Shown piece after piece: positions 1 to 11,905 of a stretch of DNA of 64,000 nt. This stretch comes from Eledone cirrhosa (Eukaryota): contig OZ024743.1 of assembly GCA_964016885.1 (NCBI GenBank), positions 228,036,001 through 228,100,000 of the forward strand, in the 5' to 3' direction. The position numbers and the translations under genes were made by a program. How positions within the stretch are numbered: the stretch's first letter is position 1; each line of letters begins with the position of its first letter. The notes beneath the pieces were generated by a model. That model saw only the letters and a program-made list of their open reading frames with translations. It was not told the DNA's origin and made no database searches.

Positions 1-790
1 CTTACCTACCTACCCTCATACACATGTGGATGCATGCACACGTGCAGTCATTCACTTGCTACCAAATACATATCAACCGCCCCATCTCCAGTACCCCAAT
101 CCACTCATATAACTATTGCCAACTAGCACCTCTGCTGTCAGTTAGAAAACAATAAATCTCTCCCTACACACATCTTTCTACCCCAACACCACTTCATGCA
201 CTGCCCCCCTATCTTGAACTTCCATCCCCTCTCCTCTCATATCCCTGCATGCCTGTAATAAATCTCATAAGAAAATCTCTCTCTATATGTATGTCTGAGA
301 GAAAATACTTTCCCCTTGTGTAAGTGAGTTTATGTATGTACTTACATGTTTTTGCTGCTGTTTTTTGTTGTTGTTATTATTATTGAATTGATTATTTATT
401 TTTATTTATCTATCTTTTTTTTTTTTTTTTTTTTTTTTACTGCCGAATCTTCTTAAGTGATTCCAGAAAGATTTCCAGAGCTTTTAAATAAAAGCAGTAG
501 AAAGCGGTAAACCTTAAACGATAAGAGACAAAAGGATTAATTCCTCCAATTTACTGAACTACTAGTTTGATCTATCACTTTAGTACGAGATAAAACGGAA
601 AGAGAACATACACTTTCACCTCAGAAATAACCTTCTTACAGAGGAATTTTGCCACAAAACATGACGGCATCTGCAGATTGAGCAAAACTGAAATCTATTT
701 GTAAACTGCGAAAGGAAAAGTTTGTGCTTGGAAGTAAAGTGGCTGGCATAAATGATCTTTAAAAAGTTGATATTAAGGATAGAGATAGAA

Positions 791-872
791 GAGAGAACAT
801 GTTAGAGGGCACATGTTAGACAGAACATGTTAGAATGAACATGTTAGAATGAACATGTTAGAGAGATGTTAG
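791..872. repeat. 14-bp minisatellite (gaacatgttagaat-like), about 5.5 copies
   Basis: acatgttag recurs with a 14-bp period. Confidence 0.9.
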
Positions 873-1374
873 CAATAAAAATAACTATAGACATATGTAA
901 AACGCCTCTGTTGATGCTGAAATGAAAGGAGAGAGATTTCAGTAGTAATGTCAGATTATGTAACGAGTGGAAATAACAATCAATTAATAAGAAATTGAAG
1001 ATATCTAATGAACTCACTGGAAGGATTAAAGAGATGTAGAAACAAAATATTTTAAGTTCCATTTCGAGAGAAAAGGGAAAGAAAAGGTTATAAAACAGCT
1101 GTGTGTTTGTGTGTATATATATGATATATAACTGTTATATGCCCTTCCATAAACGTGAACAAAGTGATTCCAATCTAACCGTATCTGTGAATGAAACAAA
1201 CACCATCAAAACACTTCATCTGGATCCAACCTACAATATATATATCACACAAAACAAAGTAAAAAAAACTAACCATGCCCTTTAGAACTATATCAGAAAC
1301 ACTGGTACACAGGTGAAGGACATCATGAGGCTACAGCCATTTTATTATGAGGTTTCAGTACGTATATGAATATG

Positions 1375-1530
1375 TGTGAGTGTATGCAACATGGCTGAAT
1401 GGTTAAGTAGTTTGTTTCACAAATATTATGTCCTAGGTTCAATACCACTGTGTGGCAACTTGGGCAAAATAACATGCAACATAACCTTGTGAATAAAATT
1501 GGAAAGATGGAAACTGTTTGGATCCCTGCC
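1375..1530 (+). mobile_element. Degraded tRNA-derived SINE (family C)
   Basis: A-box-like tggctgaatggttaag, B-box-like ggttcaatacc, then cttgggcaa; similar to 37800-37950 and, on the minus strand, 54780-54940. Confidence 0.6.
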
Positions 1531-1537
1531 ATGTTAA

Positions 1538-1682
1538 CTGTACCAGTAATTCAAAGGATCAGCCTTGTCTGCAATGAATCTTCTTCAGCATTATGTTAAA
1601 GTTACGCATGTCTGTGGATTGCTCAGCCACTTACATATTAATTTCATGAGCTGGCTGTTCCATTGATTGAACAACTGGAATA
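1538..1682 (+). mobile_element. SINE family B, 3' part
   Basis: gtaattcaaagg..cagccttgtc..ctcagccactt..gctgttcc..caactggaa shared with 6880-7163 and 11745-11905. Confidence 0.7.
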
Positions 1683-1813
1683 AACACTACTTTGAGTACA
1701 ATTTTGTATCATGAAAGAATGAGCACTCGCTATGTAAACAGAGGCAATTTGTATAAGGTGCCAGGGGGTGCTATTAAGTTAGACATGGCCTGGGCTGAAA
1801 GCACCCATTAAGG

Positions 1814-1857
<44 letters not shown>

Positions 1858-2113
1858 TTATATATAATTATTTAATACAATAACAGAGATAGCTTAACGC
1901 TAAACTCCGACTGGTAACCATCTCACTCAACAAACATTAGGTTATATGTTAGTATAACCCAATTTAAGTGTTTGGGGTGCTAACTATATGTATTTGTGGA
2001 AAGCCAGTTGTATTATTTTATGAGATATAATTAAAGTTAAAATATTTTATATATATATATATATCATTATATATATATATATATATATATCATTATATAT
2101 ATATATATATAAC

Positions 2114-2148
<35 letters not shown>

Positions 2149-2269
2149 TAGAGAGAGATAGAATATGTTTTACCCTTAGCATCAGGTGAATTAACATCTT
2201 GTGTAGAAGCCTGTTCACCAACTTAATAATGAACAAGTTAGTTATAATACTAAATCCTTCCAAATTCTT

Positions 2270-2325
2270 GATTATTTTCAAATATATTTCAATATGATAG
2301 CCAGTATATTTCATCAGAAATATGG
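2270..2325 (-). ncRNA. Hammerhead ribozyme-like core (minimal, Penelope-type)
   Basis: Minus strand: CUGAUGA (2317-2311), AAUAU-10 nt-AUAUU stem II, GAAA (2290-2287), palindromic AUAUAU; helix I register imperfect. Confidence 0.5.
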
Positions 2326-3469
2326 TAAAAAAAAATGCTAATGCAAAATACACATTAGGATAGTACATTCTCTGTTATTCCTTTAACATCGGATTTTTAT
2401 AAAATCTCATCTTAATATGTAAAACTTATGCATAGAAAAACTAAGAGGATGAATGAAATGAAACTGAACAAGTAAAGAAAATTTCCTTCACTGTTGGAGA
2501 CACAAAGCCTATATGATTAGAAGAGTTAAGTCATTGTAATACATAGTGGCATTAAATTGTCCATATCTATGTAAACTGCCACATCCTTCTTGGAAATATA
2601 TGTATGAGAAAATGTATGCATGTGGGTAAGCCTTTATATATATATATATATACACACACACACGCATACATGGATGTGCGTAAGTCATTATATATATATA
2701 TTCAATACAGTTATTCAATGCAGTGACTTGTATGAGTATATGTGTGATTGTGTAAATGTATATTTCAATGCATGTGTACTATATCATAAATATGCATGAT
2801 ACTAAAGTATATACATGATATTTCTACTGCTTTGTATGCATGCATGCATGTGTGTGAATGCAAATCTGTACTTCCCTACATCTGAGAGAGTGTGTTATGT
2901 GTGCGTGTTTGTATGTGAGGGAGTGTAGTTGTTAAAGCCTGGCTTCCTAATCCTCATTCCAACACTCAAGCTTATATATGAGCCTTAAGAGAAAGTCTGG
3001 TGTGACTCACCAGAGATGTGAAGATGTCATACAGTTTAGGGACCCAGAGAGACTATTCCTATCAATCTAGAATAACTTCTAATGTGAAGAGACAACACTG
3101 CACAAATGAGAGATAGATAGATAAAGAGACAGAAAGAGTTGCAGAGGAGGAGGTGAGAGAGTCTGAACAGGTTTTTGAGGACATCTTGAAAGCCCTTTAA
3201 TTTTGTCTATAGCTAGATAATAAGATGTTTCATATTTCATAACAAGAAAAACTATTGCAAAGAAAACACACACACACACAGGAAGCCTAATTAATGACTA
3301 GAATAATTTTATATCTATGTAAACCAAGTTTCATACACACATACACCAAATTCTCATGTGATGTAAAGTAAAAGTCAAGTGAGGAATCCAATGCTACAAC
3401 TCTGCATCAAGACATCCCATCCAACACATGCTAGCATGGAAATGCATTTGTAAAATTATATATATATCT

Positions 3470-3513
<44 letters not shown>

Positions 3514-3601
3514 CATCGAAAAATGGACTTTAAACGATGATGATATATATGCGTGTGTTTGTGTGTGTGATAATTTTATTATTATAAATCATACACAAAA
3601 C

Positions 3602-3667
3602 TTCATAACACTACCATAGGTTTCATGGCTTGATATGGATTGCATTATAAAGTCTTCAGTGTATGAA
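3602..3667 (-). ncRNA. Type I hammerhead ribozyme candidate
   Basis: Minus strand: uucauaca CUGAAGA (3659-3653) ... GAAA (3624-3621) CC-uau-GG UA | guguuaugaa; helices I and III form, stem II is degenerate; AAUAAA follows about 25 nt downstream. Confidence 0.6.
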
Positions 3668-4295
3668 TCATGATAAATTATATCTGCTTTTTATGTAGAA
3701 CACCTTTTTCTTCTTGTTGACTCTCTCACTATGCACACGTACGCTCACACACACAAACATTATGTATTTATATATGATACAAACGCATGCAATTTAGTTC
3801 CCATATAGACACACTCAGCCTAATTCATGCTTATATATATATGTGTCTAATATGAAGTCTAATTTGTAGATTAACACACAGAGACATAGTCTAATTCATA
3901 CTCACATATTCTATTTTATTTACTATACACACAAGCACACACTCAGTGACTAATTTTTAAACAAACAGCATCTGTGTAGTATTGTTCAAGAAAGAAAGAG
4001 AGACAGAAGAAAAGATGTTTGTGAGATAAGAAATTTAGTTAATGTTCTGCCCTATTAACATTCATTAGGGACAAGCAAGCATATTTGGGAGGAATGTTAG
4101 TTAGCTTTAACTGTAATGTGAACCCAACTGTCTGTGTCCATGAATGTGTGTGTGCCTGTGTGTGAGAGAGAGAGAGAGAGGGAGAGAGAGAGAGAGGAAT
4201 GAAAGAGTAATGAAAAAGTGAGGGGAGAAAAGAGAAAGTTAGGAAGGAAGATATATATGTATACATAGATATGCGTATGCTTGTTTATATGCATG

Positions 4296-4427
4296 TATGT
4301 ATGTATATATAAATATACACACATTCATTTATACGTATGTATGTATACATAAATATACACAAATTCATTTATACGTATGTATGTATACATAAATATACAC
4401 ACATTCATTTATATGTATGTATGTATA
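4296..4427. repeat. 40-bp tandem repeat, about 3.3 copies
   Basis: tatgtatgtatacataaatatacacacattcatttatacg repeated. Confidence 0.9.
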
Positions 4428-4429
4428 AT

Positions 4430-4670
4430 TCAAAAATATGAAAACAAAAGCAATGAAAGAGAACTCAATACAATAATATATTAGGATAATGTTTATAGAA
4501 AGTTAGAAAAGAGACCTAACGTTTTGGACGGTAGTCCTTCATCAAATAAGATACAGTGAAATAAGGGAAAGTTTGGCAGAGAAACAAAAAGGAAGCCAGT
4601 TAAGACAAAAATAAAGAAATTCGGAAGAGAAAGGAGAGGAACGAAAACACTTGTTACTAGCCAGCCATAT
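4430..4670 (-). mobile_element. Penelope-like terminal fragment with decayed hammerhead
   Basis: Minus 4545-4517: uUGAUGA A GGAC uacc GUCC aAAACGUUA (two core substitutions); family motif actcaatac at about 4463. Confidence 0.6.
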
Positions 4671-5177
4671 TTATGTGTGTGTGTATAGAGCCGGGTAGAT
4701 GCCTAACACACATTATATATATTTAAAGGGGTTGGGGAATTACATTATTTATTGTACAGCATATGCAACTTACTACAAAGTAAAACAACAAATCACGCAA
4801 TAACAAAATAATTTTGAAAAATTAATGAATAAAAATACCACATATATACATATTCACACATATAAACATGCATACACATTATGTTGAAGAATGTTTGTTT
4901 CATAATGCAGAAATATGAAACTATTTGCAGGTGAGAGGTGTCAACTGTATCAATCAATCATTAAAAAGAGAATTGTTATTTTAATTAAAAATTGTATTTA
5001 AAATAATAACAAAAAAATAAAGGGGAAATATAAAATAAATTGATAAATTAAAATTCCACCATCGACAACATTATTTACTCGAACCCCATCCCGCTCAAAT
5101 TGCTGGTCTTGTACTTAAATCAAAAATTATTATTATCTTTTTAAAGATCACTAGCACCCACACACATACATTTAGAT

Positions 5178-5475
5178 TGTGACGATGAGCGTGCTTTTTT
5201 TTAATAGAACCGCCTGCCAGTGAAATTAATGAGTAAGTAACTGAGCATTCCATTGAAATGTGTAATTTTTAACGTGTTTCTCAGGGAGATTCAGCGTGAC
5301 ACTGTATGATATGGCTGGCTCTATGAATTACAGGTACATCTAATTTTTTTCCAACTGAGTGAGTGAACTGGAGTACGTGAAATAAAGTGTCATGTTGAAG
5401 AACAGATACGCCGCTGGGAATATCGATCTTGAGGGACCATACGGTCGTGATCCTTACACCCTAACCACTAAGCAT
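5178..5475 (-). mobile_element. SINE family B, near full length, diverged
   Basis: Reverse complement of family B: ctcagggagattcagcgtgacac, gaattacaggtaca, gaactggag..gtgaaataaagtgtc, ctaaccactaagc. Confidence 0.75.
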
Positions 5476-6436
5476 CACATACAGTTTAAAACCTTCAAGC
5501 AACGGAATGAGAGAAGCAAAAAAAAAAAAAGAAAATCTACAAAGAAAACAAACTAATAAACAAATGATACAGCAATAATAAAACAAATAAATTAAAAACA
5601 AAAAATATAAACCCAAACAAATAAATGTATAGAGGAATATCAGTTTATTATGGTTCCACCAAGAAAATTATTACTCAAGGGAAACATTATCTATCTAGCC
5701 ATCTTATAATTCAGATCACCATGGGATATAAATATGGGATAGCAAGGGTGAACTAGCAATGGGCAGTGGGGTAATATTCCCCCAAAGACGGTTTGGAGGT
5801 GGTGGTTGCTGAAGGAATGAGGGAGTGGGTGGAAGTAAGGATCTTTCTAAAAACCATAAAACTAACCAAATGTTCCTCTATCAGAACATTGATAAGCTAT
5901 AAAATAAAATAAAATGTAAGAAAAATAATTATTTCCCAATCTTATACACTCTTTACTATGTTTAAGCTACATAGATATGCATGCGTACGTACGTTCGTAC
6001 ATATGTAAGTATGTACATACAGGCATATATAAATACATGTATACACATAATAAATACAACATACATAAATACAACAAATATAAACGTGTGTAAAAGTATG
6101 TCCTTGTGGGGATTTCCCCATGTTTATTGGTGTAATTTGAACATAACAAAAAGTTCTTAATGGTGTATGATGATGGTTGGGAAGCTACAGAAAGAAGAAA
6201 ATGGGTGAATGAGTAGTAATATTAACAACCCCTTACTTTAACATCAACACCGCCACTAGTTACCACTGTTAGGCAATATACTTCTGAAAACACCAGTTAC
6301 TCTTTCGTTGTTTGAGAAGTGACTTGCTCTGAGACCATGTGTTGAAACTAGAGCGATCACCGTGTAGGGTGTGGAAAATGTCATTTTTAGCCATTGAAAA
6401 AACACGAAAACTGTTAACTTCACTTCACATTTATCA

Positions 6437-6612
6437 TCTATAAAAACTGAGGATGTCTGTCTGTGTGTGAGTTTGAATCCTTAAAACTAGAGAAGCACCC
6501 AACCAGACCCTTACTTCTTTGCCAGCCGTGGTTGTGGCAATACTAAGCTTAGCTAAGGCGGTTATATATTTCACAATACCTTATCCCGTGCAACGCCGGG
6601 TACCACTGCTAG
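6437..6612 (+). mobile_element. Non-autonomous Helitron (176 bp)
   Basis: Starts TC after A (a|tctataaaa), gtctgtctg tract, subterminal hairpin cccg-tgcaacgc-cggg (6585-6600), ends CTAG followed by T, no TSD. Confidence 0.8.
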
Positions 6613-6646
<34 letters not shown>

Positions 6647-6879
6647 TATATATCTTAATCTCAACATTTTCATCATACGATTTGCGACCTGGTTTATTAT
6701 ACAGTTCCACTCACTGTTCTAAGAAAATGTTGACACCAAGAAATATATGATGATCGTAAAACGAAGTGAACGGTTTGTGTGTGATTTTGAACGGTTAAAA
6801 TGAATCGTCCAAGATGTAATTGCTTTAGTTATACCATACTGAATAAGTTTGCCCTTAACTCCCAAATGATGCTTTTTTT

Positions 6880-7163
6880 TCCGAATGTGTCTGCAACCGC
6901 AAACTCATGAGTTCGATTCTCGGCGGTGCATTATGCTCTTGAGAAAGACACTTTATTTCATTATTGCTAAGTTGGAAAAAAAGAAGAGTTGTATTTGTAT
7001 TTAAAATAAACTAGCCTTGCCAAATTGGATCATGCTGAAACTCACCGAGAACTAGATGTCGGTAGAATACTCCTCATCAGCCACTTGCACCTTCATTTCA
7101 AGAGCTGGTTGTTCCATTGTTCGAACAACTGGAACACTCGTCGTCGGAACTGACGGAGCTCCA
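6880..7163 (+). mobile_element. SINE family B
   Basis: B-box gagttcgattc, aagacactttatttca, tail caactggaacactcgtcgtcggaactgacggagctcca. Confidence 0.75.
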
Positions 7164-8040
7164 ACACACACATACACGTGTGAATATGTTGGTGGGTGTC
7201 TTTCCTCCCTTTTCCATGCCAACAGCAAAACTTTTAAGGCCATGTGTGAGAGTGGTATGGACGGCAGTTATAAACCCTTTTAGAGCTGTCAACAGCTTGA
7301 GATAAAACAAGACGAATAAGATAAGGTAGGGTGGGAGGGAAATCCTGTATGTATGTATGTTTGAGTACACACACACACACACACACGTATGTATATATAT
7401 ATATAGGTATGGGTGTTTGTATGCTTATGTGTTGAAGTATGCTTATGTGGGGTGAGGGACGGAAAAGAACAAGACACAACAAATTAAACAACAATAATAA
7501 AAATTAAATATAAATGAAAGAAAATAACAACAAATATATGCTCATAAGTATAAAATATCGGAGGTGGAAATGGAAGTATGATGTGTTGACGAGGAAAACT
7601 GGTGGAGGTGAGTAATGGATAATGATGATGATGATGATGATGTCCATAGATGAGGGTGAGAAGCAAATATGGACAACGTACATGGCGTTAGCTTTTGATT
7701 TATTTGTTTGTTTAGTTTGATCTTCAGAGACACCAAGGAAAGAAAAGTCTGTGGTGGTCACGCTATGTACTAAGACGTACTACTCACTCCATCAACACTT
7801 GGGGGGCAGGAATTTGATAAGGGTGAGGTAAGACATGTGATGGCGATGAACGGGTGATGGTTACGGTGGTGGTCGTCGTCGTGGGGATCGTTGTAGTACT
7901 TGGCTAGGATCCAGATGAAGGTGGGGATGGAGTAAAATTGAAGAAGAAGGAGGAGGGGAATGAGGTAGGAGTCTCAAATCCGCAGAGAAACAAAGAACAA
8001 TGTAAGGTCCACATTATATATATATATATATATATATGTA

Positions 8041-8100
8041 AGGGCGGTGCCCCAGCATGGCCTCAGCCGGATGGCTGAAACAGGTAAAAGAGTAAAAGAG
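8041..8100 (+). mobile_element. Short retroposon 3' end (family D) within (TA)n
   Basis: gggcggtgccccagcatggcc..gctgaaacaggtaaaagagtaaaagag with tandem tail; related minus-strand copies near 28330 and 54660. Confidence 0.65.
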
Positions 8101-8119
8101 TATATATATATATATAATA

Positions 8120-8490
8120 TAGTAATAATAATAAAATTGAAGACTAAAATCCAAAGAGGGCTCGATAAGGAAAATATATATCAAATATATAAGAACCGTA
8201 GAGCAAATATTTATTAAAATAACAGATTAAAGTTTAAGCAAAGAATCGCTGCTTTCACCCTTAACGGGATCTTCTGAAACTAACAAAGTCAATCTGTAAA
8301 CGCAGAACTGGATATATCAAAAAACGTTGCAACCGGAGGAAGACAGGAAGACGATACTTTGGTTCGTGGAAACGTTCGCTGGCAAAGAACGGGAAAAAAC
8401 GAATAATACGTCATTAATAGGAGCGGTGAAAAACAATTACGCGCAAAGACAGAACCACGTTTATGGTATAAAAGAGGTCGTAGACTAATA
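8120..8490 (-). mobile_element. (TA)n-flanked Penelope-like fragment with degenerate hammerhead
   Basis: Minus 8276-8253: CaGAAGA U CCC guuaa GGG U GAAA; AAUAAA about 35 nt downstream. Confidence 0.45.
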
Positions 8491-8507
8491 AATATAATAT
8501 ATAATAT

Positions 8508-8539
<32 letters not shown>

Positions 8540-8577
8540 ATGTATATACACACACATATATATATATATACATATAT

Positions 8578-8640
<63 letters not shown>

Positions 8641-8703
8641 CACACACATTATATATATATATATATATACATATACATTATATATATATATATATATACA
8701 CAC

Positions 8704-8734
<31 letters not shown>

Positions 8735-8741
8735 CACACAC

Positions 8742-8790
<49 letters not shown>

Positions 8791-8883
8791 TATATATATA
8801 TATATACATATATATACATATATATATATATATACACACATATATATATATATATACATATATATACATATATATATATATAT
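8490..8883. repeat. (TA)n/(CA)n compound microsatellite
   Basis: Direct inspection. Confidence 0.95.
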
Positions 8884-9249
8884 TTATTTAGGTTTGTTGG
8901 TTCACCACTGGATAGAATTGGTCATTTCGTATGGTCAATCTTGAGGTGGTAGTACATTATAAGCCTTCGCCCCCTCACCAGATGGTCATTAGTAGTTTGA
9001 GTTGTCATCACTTGAGGGCGACTGACCGAGGTGAAAGCAGCTAATTGGTCAGTCGTCCTCTCTGTCTCTGATTTCGGACCCATGGATTTTATATATTCCT
9101 TTGTTACATTTCGAATACCTGATAATATCACCGGATTCATACGGAACCCGGTCATTGATATGATCATAGTATAATAAACTTTTCAAAGATTTACACCAGT
9201 CCAGCCTCCTGTTATTTTATATATATATATATATATATATACATATATA

Positions 9250-9420
9250 TGTAAGGATAGAACCAGTAAGAACATTCATTATTCAACAGAATACTCGATA
9301 CTTGGGTTAGTAGAGTATGGCTATATTACTATATTATAAAGAGCCAGGACCCGACATCTGAGCCTCTTGCCGTTTCAACAGCTAGTTCCAGACTGTCTGG
9401 AACTAGCTGTTGAAACGACT
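9250..9420 (-). mobile_element. Penelope-like fragment ending in a 47-bp palindrome
   Basis: Homologous to 37975-38170; perfect 23-bp arms at 9371-9417 with a 1-nt spacer; (TA)n on both sides. Confidence 0.65.
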
Positions 9421-9438
9421 CTTTATATATATATATAT

Positions 9439-9622
9439 AATTGTTTCTACTTTTGGCACAAGGCCAGCAATTACCCGGTACATTACTGGTACTTTATTTT
9501 ATCGACCCCGTAAGGATGAAAGGCAAAGTTAACCTCGGTGGGATTTGAACTCAGATCATAAAGGGCCGTAACTCTTTGCTGCAAAGCATGGCGTCCGACT
9601 CTCTACCGATACTGCCAATCCA
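9439..9622 (-). mobile_element. tRNA-derived SINE family A (short-tail form), full length
   Basis: Reverse complement of 12700-12887. Confidence 0.9.
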
Positions 9623-9919
9623 TGTGGACCTTACACTATATAACTTGCTCAACACTATTTAGAAGTGAAGATATTAGCGACAATTAAATTTTAGGGACGT
9701 TAAAAGCACAAACACGCACACACACTTCATAAAAAAAGCAAAAGAGGTTTATAATAGAGATGAATGATAGAAATAAAGAATAATAAATATATATTTAAAT
9801 GAAAATAAAATAGAATTCATGAGATGGATTTGAAGAAAATATTTCTAAAGAAAAAAGAAATGGAATAAATAAAGCAAATAATGAGAAATTTCGTTTAGAG
9901 AAAAGAAAAGAACAGCAAC

Positions 9920-10308
9920 AATACATACACACACACACATATATATATAATATATATATATATACATACATAAATACATACACGCATATACACATACATA
10001 TATATATATATATACATATATGCATAAACACATACACGCATATACACATATATATATATATACATATATATATACTTATATATACATATACGCATATACA
10101 CATACCTATATATACATACATATACGCATATATACACATACCTATATATACACATACCTATATATACATACATATACGCATATATACACATACCTATATA
10201 TACATACATACATATACGCATATATATACACATACCTATATATGCATACATATACGCATATACAGATATATATTCATATATATATATTACACAGACATAT
10301 ATGTATGT

Positions 10309-10375
<67 letters not shown>

Positions 10376-10672
10376 GAAAAATGGGGAGACATACATGCGT
10401 ATATGTGTATATACGTACACATAAATACACATATGTATGTATGGGTTATATATATATATATATATATAACCCATACATACATGTGTATTTATGTGTATGT
10501 ATATACACATATACGCATGTATATGCATAAATATATATATATGTATGTATGTGATATATATGTATGTATATATATATATATATATACACATACACACACA
10601 TATGTGCATGTATATGTGTGTGTATATGTATATGTGTATATATATATATACACATACATATGTGTATTTATG
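9920..10672. repeat. TA/CA/TG compound microsatellite with an internal palindrome
   Basis: Direct inspection; palindrome at 10391-10522. Confidence 0.9.
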
Positions 10673-11378
10673 TGTCCTCCGAAGGTGTCGTATAAATTAC
10701 ATCTCAGATGAGTGCATTGAAAGTAGGAAAAGAAAATGTAAAGTAAAACAAAACAGAATAGGAACCTAACACAAAAGGAACAGCAATGTTTTGTGTTGGT
10801 TTGTTGATGTTGTGTGTCTTTGGAACAAACTCCAACACCGTATAGGACGCTGCTGATGCTGATGGTGGGGAGGAGGAGAAGAAGAAGATAGAAGAAAACG
10901 AATAAATCAGTTGTAAGAAGTAAGGTAGAGGACGGGGAAGAGGCGAAATGGTAATAGTGGTGGGTGTGTAGAACCTTCAGCTCTCCTCTACGCCTCTACC
11001 ACATTTGTCTTTAAAAACTTCATTGATTCAATTCATTCATTCGTTTTTCATCTCCCACCCTACCTTGTCGTGTCCCTCGCCCCCACCTCCTCCTCCGCTC
11101 TTACCCCGCTATATCCTCCCTCCCTCCCTCCCTCCTATAACCCCTTATTTCCACTCCAATTGAGAAGTTCTTGCTTGTCTCTCCCTCACCTTTTTTGTTT
11201 CTTTTCTTTGATTTGTTCAACTTTCATTAGTTGTTAGCGTCTGATTTACTTCTCTAGATTTGAAAATATTTTAAAGAGGTAGTAGTGGTGGTGTTTGTGG
11301 TTGGTTTGATGGTGGCAGTGATTGTGCTGTTGGTAGTAATGGTGGTGACGATGGATTGTGGTTATGGTAGGTGTGATA

Positions 11379-11594
11379 ATAATGGTTTCTGATTTAGGCA
11401 CAAGGCCAGCAATTTTAGAGGAGCGGGAAAGTCGATTAAATAGACCTCAGTAAATTTATGGTGATTTATTTTATCGACCCCGTAAGGATGCAAGGCAAAG
11501 CTAACCTCGGCGGGATTTGTACTCATAACGTAAGGGGCCGTAACTATATGCCATGAAGTATGGTGTCCGACGCTGTATCGATACTGCCAATCCA
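11379..11594 (-). mobile_element. SINE family A (long-tail form)
   Basis: Same head and core plus extra ttttagaggagcgggaaagtcgattaaatagacc segment. Confidence 0.85.
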
Positions 11595-11744
11595 ACTGAT
11601 AATGGTAATGAAATGAAATTTACAGCTCACACGTATGTAGTAGGTTTATCTGGTCTCCCTCCCACGAGGCTGCATCTCATTGGAGGTGCCTCGGGGATTT
11701 TAAAGATAAGGAAATGTGGACGAAACTGCTTCGAGACTCGTCGG

Positions 11745-11905
11745 ATAGAATGTACCTGTAATTCAATATATCAGCCTTGCTCCATTCTGTGTCACACTGC
11801 ATCTCCCTGAGTAATATTTGTCCAGTCACCTGCACATTAATTACATGAGAAGGTGGTTCCGATGGTCAAAAACTGGAACACATATCGTCGAAACCAATGG
11901 AGATC
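11745..11905 (+). mobile_element. SINE family B, 3' part
   Basis: tgtacctgtaattcaa..cagccttg..ctgtgtcacactgcatctccctgag..aactggaaca..tcgtcg. Confidence 0.7.

Noticed and set aside
791-872. CRISPR-like repeat array
   Set aside because: Contiguous 14-bp minisatellite without unique spacers, in eukaryotic context
8922-9167. 81-aa minus-strand ORF faintly like a GIY-YIG C-terminus
   Set aside because: No diagnostic motifs; similarity too weak
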